NCBI GenBank assembly: GCA_040754655.1
Contig: JBFMCE010000045.1
Coordinates: forward strand, 1 to 31,914
DNA: 31,914 nucleotides
Reading direction: 5' to 3'
DNA from: Bdellovibrionota bacterium
GTDB taxonomy: Bacteria > Bdellovibrionota > UBA1018 > UBA923
The translations under genes were made by a program, and so were the position numbers. Under the pieces are notes generated by a model. That model saw only the letters and a program-made list of their open reading frames with translations, did no database searches and was not told the DNA's origin. Of this stretch, positions 17,869-26,124 are shown one piece after another; the stretch's first letter is position 1; each line of letters begins with the position of its first letter.

Positions 17869-20148
17869 TTAGCTGTCAGAAGAATCAGAGGGCCGAGGAG
17901 AAGGCCTGTCAGATCTTTCTCCGCCGTGCGCTCTATTGGGATTTCCGCCGCGAGGGCGATCGCCACCGCGGTCACGGTCTCCACCGCGTCCGCCACCGGG
18001 GCGACCTCCACGATCTCCACCGCCGCCTTCACCTGCCGGAGGCAAGTGCGCGGGTCTTTCAAGCAAGACTTTGCGGCTCAAACGGATTTTTCCGTTCTTA
18101 TCCACGTCGAGAACTTTTACTTCAAGCTTCTCGCCTTCTTTCAGATAGTCACGCACTTGGTTGACCCTTTCATGCGCGATTTCTGAAACGTGCAGAAGCC
18201 CATCGGTACCCGGGAAAATCTCGACAAACGCGCCGAAATCCACGATCGAACGTACGGTACCCGTGTACACGTGGCCGATCTCTGGTTCCGCCACGATTTC
18301 GGAGATGATTTTTTCTGCAAGTTCCGCCTGAGCAGCTTCATTTGAAGCGATCTTGATCGTTCCGTCGTCTTCGACATCGATCTTCACGCCCGTGCGCTCG
18401 ATGATACTCTTGATCACCTTTCCGCCGCTTCCGATCACATCCCGAATCTTATCTGGCTTGATCTTCATCGTTGTGAAGCGAGGAGCGTATTCAGAGACCT
18501 TGTCACGCGGCTGCTCAATAGCTTGAGCCATCTTCGTGAGGATGTGTTGACGCCCTTCATACGCTTGCTTCAAAGCAGTGCGCATGATTTGCTCGTCAAC
18601 GCCCTCGATCTTAATATCCATCTGAATTGCAGTAACGCCGTCTTTCGTGCCGGCCACCTTGAAATCCATATCGCCAAGATGGTCTTCATCGCCCAAGATG
18701 TCGCTCAAGATGGCAACACGGCCGCCTTCTTTAATAAGGCCCATCGCTATGCCCGCAACTGGCTTTGAAAAGCTTACACCGGCATCCATCAAGGCCATCG
18801 AGCCCGAGCAGACCGAACCCATCGAGCTCGATCCATTGCTCTCAAGCACCTCACAAACGACACGAACCGTGTAAGGGCACTCTTCTTTGCCCGGCATCAC
18901 GTTTACCAGTGCACGCTCAGCAAGCGCGCCGTGACCGATTTCTCGACGTCCCGGAGAACCTACTCTACCCGTTTCGCCAACGCTGAACGGAGGAAAGTTA
19001 TAATTGAGCATGAATCGCTTGTTATAAGTGCCTCTCATGGCATCAATCATTTGCTCATCGTCGCCGGTTCCTAGAGTCACCGCAGCCAATACTTGGGTCT
19101 CGCCACGAGTGAATAAACCCGAACCGTGGACTCTGGGCAAAAGACCGCTTTCAACCGCGATTGCACGAATATCCTTAGTACCACGTCCGTCGATGCGAAC
19201 GCTCTTCTCAAGAATCATCTCGCGCATCTGAGTGTATTTCACCATCTCAAGAATAGACGAAATTTCTTTGGTCTTTTCAGACGCCTTCTCGTCATTGGCA
19301 TTCACAATCTTGCTCACAGCAGCTTCAAGCGCCTGATCATAAAGCGCATAACGTTCACCCTTGTCGCGAGTGCTGAGCGCCTTGAGGACCATAGGAGTTA
19401 CGATCGATTCTACCTTTGCCTTCAATGACTCTTCTGGTTTTTTTGCTTCAAATTCTCTTTTTGCTTTCCCAGTTTTCTGAGCCAATTCTTGAATCGCTTC
19501 AATCACTGGTTTCATCTGCGCATGCCCGAAAAGGATCGCATCCAGGACTTCTTCTTCAGGAACGACCTTCGCGCCGCCCTCGACCATCATGATGGCCTTC
19601 TTGGTGCCGGCAACAAAGATCTCCATGTCTCCTTCTTCTTGTTGAGCAAGAGAAGGATTACAGATCAGCTGGCCATTGATTCTTCCCACCCGGCACGCCG
19701 CCGTTGGACCATTGAAAGGAATCGATGAAATCGCTAAAGCGGCGGATGCGCCAATGCTTGCCACGATCTCGGGGTCATTCTCTTTATCGACGCTGAGCAC
19801 AGTCGCGATCACCTGTGTCTCGTAAAGGAATCCTTCCGGAAACAAAGGGCGAATAGGACGGTCGATCATTCGAGCAATGAGTGTTGCATCGCTGCTCGGA
19901 CGACCTTCGCGCTTGAAAAAGCCACCGGGAATTCTTCCGGCAGCATAAAACTTCTCTTGGTATTCCACTGTAAGTGGAAAAAAATCGATGCCTTCGCGCA
20001 ATGTAGTGGCGCTGACGGCTGTAACTAGCACTACGGTTTCACCATAAGTGACAAGAACAGCTCCATCGGCTTGTTTTGCAAGTTTTCCGGTCTCAATGGT
20101 GATTTTTCGGCCACCAAACTCGCATGAGACTTGAATTGGATTAAACAT
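17869..20148 (-). CDS. pnp: Polyribonucleotide nucleotidyltransferase (PNPase)
   Basis: Two RNase PH domains ([39 protein letters not shown]), KH (VIGSGGK) and S1 domains, plus an RG-rich tail. SD GGAGGG. Confidence 0.98.
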   Translation of the reverse strand: MFNPIQVSCEFGGRKITIETGKLAKQADGAVLVTYGETVVLVTAVSATTLREGIDFFPLTVEYQEKFYAAGRIPGGFFKREGRPSSDATLIARMIDRPIRPLFPEGFLYETQVIATVLSVDKENDPEIVASIGASAALAISSIPFNGPTAACRVGRINGQLICNPSLAQQEEGDMEIFVAGTKKAIMMVEGGAKVVPEEEVLDAILFGHAQMKPVIEAIQELAQKTGKAKREFEAKKPEESLKAKVESIVTPMVLKALSTRDKGERYALYDQALEAAVSKIVNANDEKASEKTKEISSILEMVKYTQMREMILEKSVRIDGRGTKDIRAIAVESGLLPRVHGSGLFTRGETQVLAAVTLGTGDDEQMIDAMRGTYNKRFMLNYNFPPFSVGETGRVGSPGRREIGHGALAERALVNVMPGKEECPYTVRVVCEVLESNGSSSMGSVCSGSMALMDAGVSFSKPVAGIAMGLIKEGGRVAILSDILGDEDHLGDMDFKVAGTKDGVTAIQMDIKIEGVDEQIMRTALKQAYEGRQHILTKMAQAIEQPRDKVSEYAPRFTTMKIKPDKIRDVIGSGGKVIKSIIERTGVKIDVEDDGTIKIASNEAAQAELAEKIISEIVAEPEIGHVYTGTVRSIVDFGAFVEIFPGTDGLLHVSEIAHERVNQVRDYLKEGEKLEVKVLDVDKNGKIRLSRKVLLERPAHLPPAGEGGGGDRGGRPGGGRGGDRDRGGDRPRGGNPNRAHGGERSDRPSPRPSDSSDS

Positions 20149-20174
20149 AAGAAATGAACCCTCCGGTTATAAAA

Positions 20175-20373
20175 GCGGGTTCTCTCTTCAGGTTTTCAAA
20201 TGAGGTTCACGGAATCAAAGACTGGACCGTCAATCGAGGCGCTTGGCTAAAACCGCAAGTTAAACCACGAATCGGAAAGACACAGCTGAAACAGACCTTT
20301 TCTACCTGTACCTTTCGAATTCGTGGTTCTAACCAACACGAACCTCTCCTCAAAAAAACCTTAAAGAACCCGC
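20175..20373 (-). promoter_or_regulatory. Long structured RNA in the rpsO-pnp intergenic region (candidate pnp leader / RNase III site)
   Basis: Nested inverted repeats: 20175-83/20365-73, 20190-96/20355-61, 20202-08/20340-46, 20263-72/20319-28, 20275-85/20306-16. Extra G-U pairs form on the minus (mRNA) strand. Confidence 0.7.
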
Positions 20374-20393
20374 AGGACTATTAAATTTATCGA

Positions 20394-20675
20394 TTATTTT
20401 CTTAATTCAAGACCGCTGATCAGCTTTGTATAGCGACCAAAGTCTTTTTGTTTCAAATAATCAAGCATTCGTCGACGTTGGCCCACAAGCTTCAAAAGAC
20501 CGCGCTGCGAAGAATAATCTTTCTTGTGAGTGCGAAGATGGTCTGTAAGCTCGTTGATTCGAGTGGTCATAAGAGCAACCTGAACTTCAGGGCTTCCTGT
20601 ATCTCCAGCAACGACCTTGAACTTTTCTACAATTTTGCCTTTTAATGCTTTTTGTTCCTGAGTTTGGTGCGGCAA
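20394..20675 (-). CDS. rpsO: 30S ribosomal protein uS15
   Basis: [47 protein letters not shown] start with SD GGAGAG. Confidence 0.97.
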   Translation of the reverse strand: MPHQTQEQKALKGKIVEKFKVVAGDTGSPEVQVALMTTRINELTDHLRTHKKDYSSQRGLLKLVGQRRRMLDYLKQKDFGRYTKLISGLELRK

Positions 20676-20742
20676 AGTAACTCTCCTTTTTCTTTTCTCT
20701 TTTGAATTTCAGCACGTATATAGCATTGCTTGGAACAACTCG

Positions 20743-21837
20743 TCAACGGATGTATTGTTTGTAATACTCCCTCAACTTCTCAATCACCCGGACTTCGATC
20801 TGACGGGCCCTTTCGCGAGTGAGGCCAAAAAGATCAGCCACTTCTTGCAACGTTTTGGGTTGTTCTGCAGCGAGTCGTTCCTGAAAAACAGCCAGCTCTT
20901 TTTCTTTCAATGTCTTCGCAAAATCATCCAAGTGCTCCTTGATGATCTGCTTAAGCTCGGTCTGCTCAAATTGGTCGTCTGGAGCGGCTGCGCCATCGGG
21001 CAACAGGTCTTGGTGGGTTGTGCGGTTCTCGCCCTCATTCTCGGCTCCCACGGGCTGATTCAAGCTCATCTCAGCTCCGCGTCCGCTGAGACGCTGCTGC
21101 ATCTCAACAACATCCTGTTCACGGACCTGCAGGCGATCGGCCAAAAGTTTAGGCCCGACTTGGAAGCCTTGAGCCTCTAAGCGGTCTTTTTCACGCATCA
21201 AATGAAAGAAAAGCTTCTTCTGAGCTTGCGTCGTTCCAAGTCGCACCAAACGAAAATTGTCGAGGATGTACTTCAGAATATAAGAACGAATCCACCAGCT
21301 AGCATAGTAAGAGAGTTTTGCTCCCTTTGACGGATCGAACTTGCTCACTGCCTTCATCAAGCCCACATTGCCCTCTTGAATGAGATCCATCACGTTCTGG
21401 TAGGCGCTTCGATACTCCATCGCGATCTTCACGACGAGACGAAGGTTTGCACTCACGAGCCTGCGCGCCGCCTCAAGATCTCCAGTTTCCTTAAGACGAA
21501 CCGCCAGAGCGAATTCTTCTTCGGGGGTCAAAAGGGCGTACTTTGAAACCTCGGCCAAGTACTGTTTGAGCAGGTCTTGATGAGGAACCGGAAGCTCGAC
21601 TTCTTCCGTCAGGTGAACTTCAGAAACTTCGGTCGATGGCGCGAGAATGGGTAGCGCATCATTTGAATCCCGATCGTCAGAGATGTCGCCGTCCAGCTCT
21701 TGAAACTCCCCTTCAATGTCTTGAGTTTCCGTGGGCTCATCCTCTAAGGTAGCCTTCTCGACTATTTCAGGAGTCAGGACTTCCGGAACCTTCTTTTTCT
21801 TCTTGGTAGTTGAACCCTTCTCAATTTTTCGAGGCAT
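20743..21837 (-). CDS. rpoH: RpoH/sigma32-family RNA polymerase sigma factor with an acidic N-terminal extension
   Basis: Region 1.2 (QYLAEV), region 2 (NLRLVVKIA, DLIQEGNVGLMKAV, YASWWIR), RpoH box (TTQAQKKLFFHL), region 4 HTH (TLQEVADLFGLTRERARQIE). Confidence 0.85.
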   Translation of the reverse strand: MPRKIEKGSTTKKKKKVPEVLTPEIVEKATLEDEPTETQDIEGEFQELDGDISDDRDSNDALPILAPSTEVSEVHLTEEVELPVPHQDLLKQYLAEVSKYALLTPEEEFALAVRLKETGDLEAARRLVSANLRLVVKIAMEYRSAYQNVMDLIQEGNVGLMKAVSKFDPSKGAKLSYYASWWIRSYILKYILDNFRLVRLGTTQAQKKLFFHLMREKDRLEAQGFQVGPKLLADRLQVREQDVVEMQQRLSGRGAEMSLNQPVGAENEGENRTTHQDLLPDGAAAPDDQFEQTELKQIIKEHLDDFAKTLKEKELAVFQERLAAEQPKTLQEVADLFGLTRERARQIEVRVIEKLREYYKQYIR

Positions 21838-21900
21838 TTGAGAATGTTGTAATAGATCTGAGCTGGTTTTTCTATCACTTCATCACTATATAAAGCAGGC

Positions 21901-22902
21901 ATGGCTGAGGAGTTGGTGATCTCGGGCTTTAAGATTGGATTGAGCGAACGGCGAGAAATTTATCTCAAGGTCAGCGAATCTTTCTTGGCCTCAAGCATTC
22001 AGATCCCGGTGACGATTATCCGGGGCAATCACGATGGCCCGACGGTCTTTCTCACAGCCGCGATCCATGGTGATGAGATCAATGGGATCGAAATTGTCCG
22101 TAGGATAATCAACGAAATTGATCAAAGCAGGCTTCATGGGACGCTGCTTTGCGTGCCGGTGGTCAATATCCCGGGTTTTCTGAATCAAACCCGTTACCTC
22201 GCTTATAATCGCGACCTCAACCGCTACTTCCCGGGAAGTCCTAGGGGTAATAACGCAGAACGCGTGGCCTTCAAGATTTTCCAGCAACTGGTGGTCCGCT
22301 CGGACTGGGGTATCGATTTGCACACCGCTGCGAGCGGACGCAGCAACATGCCTCACGTGAGAGGTGATATGTCGCACCCCAAGGTGCGCAAGCTTGCCCG
22401 GGCTTTTGGATCCGGCGTTATCATTGACAATGCCGGTAGGAGGGGAAGCCTCAGACGTGTCGCCACTGAAAACGGATTCCCGACGATTGTTTTCGAGGCA
22501 GGAGAAACAGGGAAGTTTTCCAGAGAGATCAGCGAAATCGGTTACAGAGGAGTCGTGGGCGTATTGCGAGCCATGGGAGTCATCACTGGAAAGAGACCTC
22601 CAAAACCCCCTTACCAAGTCATCGTCAAGCACACGGACTGGTTGCGCGCGGAACGAGGAGGAATCTTAGACCTCTTTGTAAAACCAGGTCATCTTGTTTA
22701 TAAAGACGAGGTTCTAGGAGTGATTCTCAATCCTTTTGGAAGAACAGTGACCAAGATTCGAGCACCCCACACCGGAGTGTTGGTGGGCGTTAGTACGCAA
22801 CCGCTTGCAATTCCCGGCACGGGAATTTGTCACATTGCTCGGCTTTCAAAGACACTTTCAAAGGTAGAACGCCACTTTGAAAAACTCGAAGTTCGTTCTT
22901 GA
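21901..22902 (+). CDS. Succinylglutamate desuccinylase/aspartoacylase (M14-like) family protein
   Basis: AAIHGDEING, PVVN, RDLNRYFPG, IDLHT and FEAG motifs, plus a C-terminal barrel-sandwich hybrid segment. Confidence 0.9.
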   Translation: MAEELVISGFKIGLSERREIYLKVSESFLASSIQIPVTIIRGNHDGPTVFLTAAIHGDEINGIEIVRRIINEIDQSRLHGTLLCVPVVNIPGFLNQTRYLAYNRDLNRYFPGSPRGNNAERVAFKIFQQLVVRSDWGIDLHTAASGRSNMPHVRGDMSHPKVRKLARAFGSGVIIDNAGRRGSLRRVATENGFPTIVFEAGETGKFSREISEIGYRGVVGVLRAMGVITGKRPPKPPYQVIVKHTDWLRAERGGILDLFVKPGHLVYKDEVLGVILNPFGRTVTKIRAPHTGVLVGVSTQPLAIPGTGICHIARLSKTLSKVERHFEKLEVRS

Positions 22903-22928
22903 TTTGGATAGAGCCGTCTTGTACAAGC

Positions 22929-22979
22929 ACTTGACTAAACGCGTCAAGTCTTGAATTTTTTACATCATTCAGGTGTAAA
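22929..22979. promoter_or_regulatory. Two dyad sites, candidate upstream activator sequences
   Basis: ACTTGAC-N7-GTCAAGT (22929-49) and TTTACA-N9-TGTAAA (22959-79), about 70-120 bp upstream of the sigma54-like promoter. Confidence 0.45.
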
Positions 22980-23048
22980 GGCCCTTGAAATAGCACCTCT
23001 GAATACCTGAATTTATTAAGAATTTCACCATGACGTTAGAATTTTGGG

Positions 23049-23065
23049 CTGGTATAAGGTTTGCT
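23049..23065 (+). promoter_or_regulatory. Sigma54 (RpoN)-type promoter
   Basis: CTGGTATAAGGTTTGCT has GG-N10-GC spacing with TGG...TTGCT, matching the -24/-12 consensus, upstream of the ATG at 23139. Confidence 0.65.
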
Positions 23066-23138
23066 TTTAGCGCAAAGCGTTAGTTTAGACTTTTGCCCAA
23101 TCCAAGTAGTGGAAGGAATAATTTTGGAGGTTCTTAAA

Positions 23139-24080
23139 ATGAAAAATCTTTGGCTTCGTTCAAGTGCAACTGCCGTGGTTGCCCTGTGGTCAGCTGCTGC
23201 GATTGCGCAGAGTTCGACTTCTGCGGTTAAAGGCTCTACTTCAAAGGCATCAGCGCCAAGCAACACGATCACCAGTGATGCAAGCGTTGTTTCGTCAAGC
23301 AAGAAAGAGCTTCCGCTTTCTTTATCAACCCTTTCGTATGTCTATGGCCCACGCGTCAATGACCCAGGCAATGAGCAAGTTCCCGATGAGGCGGTTGATG
23401 CCACTACCGGTATCAATACTCGCCATCAGATCAGCCTTGGTTACAAAGTAGACAAACAAACCAAAATTACTCCAGTGCTTGATTTTGACTATCAGCTTAC
23501 GGACCCAGACCCGAAGAAAACTCACCGCCGCGAATTTCGCATGAGAGATTCGTTTGTTAAAGTAAGCCGCTCTGGGCTTATTGAAAGCAACATCCAAGGC
23601 AACGCGCTTGCGTTGGATGGCGATGTTCGCGCTTTTGTCCCTTCAAGCAAGAGCTCACGCGACAACAACAACATCGGTGGCTTGCGTTTGAGTTTGAATC
23701 CAAGTCTTCAGTTCGGGAAATCCCCTTTTTCGATCTCAGTGGCAAACTGGGCCCGTTACTGGATCCAAACCAAGAAGACCAACGCTAAAGGCGAGGGCCT
23801 TCCAAGCTATGCGTTCTACACTGGCCCTCAAGTGAACTACGCTTTTTCTGACAACGTGACTGCATTCGTTCTTTATGAAACATCAACAACAATCAACACC
23901 AAAGATGAATCGGACTCACTCGAAGTAAATGCTCCAGGCTTCTCGAATGCTGACCTTGAGCCAGGCGTTGACATCAGGTTGCACCGACGTGTGACTCTGA
24001 CTCCGTACCTCAACTGGTATACCAACCAGCGCCTTGAAACGACCACCATGAACCTTGCGGCTGCGTTTACGCTGCTCTAA
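23139..24080 (+). CDS. Predicted outer-membrane beta-barrel/porin-like protein with a Ser/Thr-rich N-terminal linker
   Basis: ATG at 23139 with SD GGAGG (23126-30). Signal peptide ending AAAIA. Alternating amphipathic strands (HQISLGYKV, LDFDYQL, TGPQVNYAF, LTPYLNWY, MNLAAAFTLL). Own promoter and terminator. Confidence 0.75.
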   Translation: MKNLWLRSSATAVVALWSAAAIAQSSTSAVKGSTSKASAPSNTITSDASVVSSSKKELPLSLSTLSYVYGPRVNDPGNEQVPDEAVDATTGINTRHQISLGYKVDKQTKITPVLDFDYQLTDPDPKKTHRREFRMRDSFVKVSRSGLIESNIQGNALALDGDVRAFVPSSKSSRDNNNIGGLRLSLNPSLQFGKSPFSISVANWARYWIQTKKTNAKGEGLPSYAFYTGPQVNYAFSDNVTAFVLYETSTTINTKDESDSLEVNAPGFSNADLEPGVDIRLHRRVTLTPYLNWYTNQRLETTTMNLAAAFTLL

Positions 24081-24105
24081 TCGGTTCTAGGTGTCTTTTT
24101 ACGAT

Positions 24106-24150
24106 AAAAGAGGCTTGCCGCTATTGAGGGCGGCAAGCCTCTTTTCTTTT
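24106..24150 (+). terminator. Intrinsic terminator, potentially bidirectional
   Basis: Perfect 16-bp inverted repeat AAAAGAGGCTTGCCGC-tattgagg-GCGGCAAGCCTCTTTT followed by CTTTT. Confidence 0.92.
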
Positions 24151-24282
24151 TGATCATTGTTAAGCCCGCCAAGTCCTTGTTCATTTGGGTAAATATTTCC
24201 TATTTATTTCAATGGGTTATATTTTCCGGCTTTTATTGAGATGCAGCAGAAAATACGACTTATTTACGATATCATTAGAGAT

Positions 24283-25437
24283 ATGGATCGGCAGAAGCAA
24301 CCTCTTCCCGCGAACTGGTTTTTTGAGTCTGATGGCCATCGCCACGGGCCTTTTACCGCACAGGAAATCTTAAAATTCTTGATGGAAGGCGCCCTTAAGC
24401 TCGAAAGCAAGGTTTATGATTCAGCGACGGACACCTGGAAAATCGCTGCCGACGTCGTTCCCTATCTTGATCTAGGATCTTCTGATGCCCCCGGTTGGCA
24501 GCCTCCGCCGAAACCCGTTGAGCTCAAAGATGTGCATGTGGTTGATGTCAGCACAAAAACCCCGGAATACTTCGCTTTAGTGCCCGAAAAAAGAAGTCCA
24601 AGAACTGAAAGCTCGAGGCCTTCGCAGAAGAGCTCTGAACCTCAACGGCCGCAAGGAGCCCAGCCACAAGCCTTGGATCAAGCTCCTCGGGCGCTTGGCT
24701 CATCGTCAGCGCCCACGCAAGAACGGGCGCCATTGAAAGTGGCTTCAGATGTCAGCGGCATTCTTACTCTTGAGGAAGAAAAGCCTCTTCTCATCAGCTG
24801 GCTCCATCAAACAAGTGCATTTGTTCGCAGACACACGAGCAGCATCTCGATTGCGGCTGGGCTGGCGTTGATTTTCGGAGGCAGCTACGGGCTTTTTCGA
24901 ACGCTTTCATCTCCTGAACGCGAACCCGCTCAGTCTGCGGCGCAAACCGCCAACCAGAAAGATGCTGCGAAGCCGTCTATCGTTAAAACCAACGCGGTTT
25001 CGGGCAACGCTTCGACTGGAAGCTTCTATCCCAGCTCTTTAGGGTCGGGTCAAAACCCGGTGCTCCGGCGTCAAGCGGGAGCTCAAGCCAACTTGCCACG
25101 CGTGAATCCGGCGACTCAACCAAAAGCTCAATCCGATAGCGCTCCTCAGGAATCTAATCGCGAACCTCCTCAATACTACAGCTCACGGGAAGAGCCCGGC
25201 GGGGCCCCTCAACCAAACCAAGACGAGGGCGCTCAGCAACAGCAGAACTCAGGCGCCTTGCCTGTGCCGAATCAAGCTCATTATGACAGCCCCAATCCCA
25301 ATAACGGCATGGTAGATCCACCAAGCTATATAACGCCCGAACAGCAAAACGCCGAAGCCAGCATAGGGCAGCAACCCGATCCTTATCAAACTCCCCCCAC
25401 TCAAGATTCACCCTACAACGAAACAATGACCCAGTAG
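24283..25437 (+). CDS. GYF_2 (DUF4339) domain single-pass membrane protein with a disordered P/Q/S-rich C-terminus
   Basis: WFFESDGHRHGPFTAQEI...GAL..ESKVY.....WKIA is the GYF_2 pattern. One TM (ISIAAGLALIFGGSYGLF). Start is either 24241 or 24283; the latter lies 7 nt after TATCAT. Confidence 0.75.
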   Translation: MDRQKQPLPANWFFESDGHRHGPFTAQEILKFLMEGALKLESKVYDSATDTWKIAADVVPYLDLGSSDAPGWQPPPKPVELKDVHVVDVSTKTPEYFALVPEKRSPRTESSRPSQKSSEPQRPQGAQPQALDQAPRALGSSSAPTQERAPLKVASDVSGILTLEEEKPLLISWLHQTSAFVRRHTSSISIAAGLALIFGGSYGLFRTLSSPEREPAQSAAQTANQKDAAKPSIVKTNAVSGNASTGSFYPSSLGSGQNPVLRRQAGAQANLPRVNPATQPKAQSDSAPQESNREPPQYYSSREEPGGAPQPNQDEGAQQQQNSGALPVPNQAHYDSPNPNNGMVDPPSYITPEQQNAEASIGQQPDPYQTPPTQDSPYNETMTQ

Positions 25438-25442
25438 ACCCA

Positions 25443-25472
25443 TTGACGTCGCCCTCACCTGCACGCTAAGTC
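25443..25472 (+). promoter_or_regulatory. Candidate promoter for the tmk-holB-mla unit
   Basis: TTGACG (25443-48), 18 nt, TAAGTC (25467-72), 7 nt before the tmk ATG. No SD present. Confidence 0.4.
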
Positions 25473-25479
25473 ATTCTCT

Positions 25480-26124
25480 ATGGCGTACTTTATCACGATT
25501 GAGGGCGGTGACGGGGCCGGCAAGTCAACCCTATTGAAACTCATCGAAGACCACTTTCGGCGGTTGAAGCTGCCCTTTTTGCTCACACGTGAACCAGGCG
25601 GTACTCTAGCTTCGGAGGAAATTCGTGACATCCTCTTGCGCGACCGTCCCGATCCTTCCCAAAAACTAACGCCTTTGACCGAGCTCTTCCTCTATGAAGC
25701 CGCACGCGCGCAACACGTCGAAGAGAGAATTCGCCCGGCTTTGAATTCGGGAACCCATGTTTTATGCGATCGTTTCACCGATTCAACGCTTGCATACCAA
25801 GGTTATGGAAGAGCTGTAGGAACAAGTCTGGTGGATCAACTGAACCAGATCGCGACACGTGGTCTTAAGCCCGACGCGGTGATCTGGCTCAAAGTTGCGC
25901 CCGAAGTAGCGCGCATGCGCATTGAGCAGCGCTCTGGCAAGAAGTCTTGGATTGATGAAGAGGACGCCTCTTTTCACGAAGCAGTATTCAATGGATTCAT
26001 TGAACTCTCGCGAAAAAACTCGGACCGATACATCGTTTTGGACGGCTCATGCACGCCCCAGGAAATCTTCGCGCAGCTCACTGCGACCCCTTTATGGCTA
26101 CGCTTGTTCGGGGGACGTGCTTGA
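25480..26124 (+). CDS. tmk: Thymidylate kinase
   Basis: FITIEGGDGAGKST, TREPGGT, ELFLYEAARAQH, CDRFTDSTLAYQG. Confidence 0.97.
   Translation: MAYFITIEGGDGAGKSTLLKLIEDHFRRLKLPFLLTREPGGTLASEEIRDILLRDRPDPSQKLTPLTELFLYEAARAQHVEERIRPALNSGTHVLCDRFTDSTLAYQGYGRAVGTSLVDQLNQIATRGLKPDAVIWLKVAPEVARMRIEQRSGKKSWIDEEDASFHEAVFNGFIELSRKNSDRYIVLDGSCTPQEIFAQLTATPLWLRLFGGRA

Noticed and set aside
17930..18040. GC-rich tandem-like repeats (CCACCG units) as a CRISPR array or VNTR
   Set aside because: No constant repeat-spacer period. They simply encode the Gly/Arg tail of PNPase.
20175..20373. 6S RNA as the identity of the long hairpin
   Set aside because: The length fits, but the central loop is strongly asymmetric and branched, and the position matches a pnp leader. 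It cannot be called without a covariance model search.
20154..20384. 76-aa plus-strand ORF in the rpsO-pnp spacer
   Set aside because: No SD or motif. The region is better explained by the nested RNA stems on the minus strand.
23061..23138. Longer N-terminus (TTG at 23061) for the porin-like gene
   Set aside because: The TTG lies within the sigma54 -12 element. The ATG at 23139 has a GGAGG SD and starts a clean signal peptide.
26049..26120. holB start at 26049
   Set aside because: It would overlap tmk by 76 bp. The TTG at 26121, with a GGGGA SD and TTGA coupling, is more plausible.
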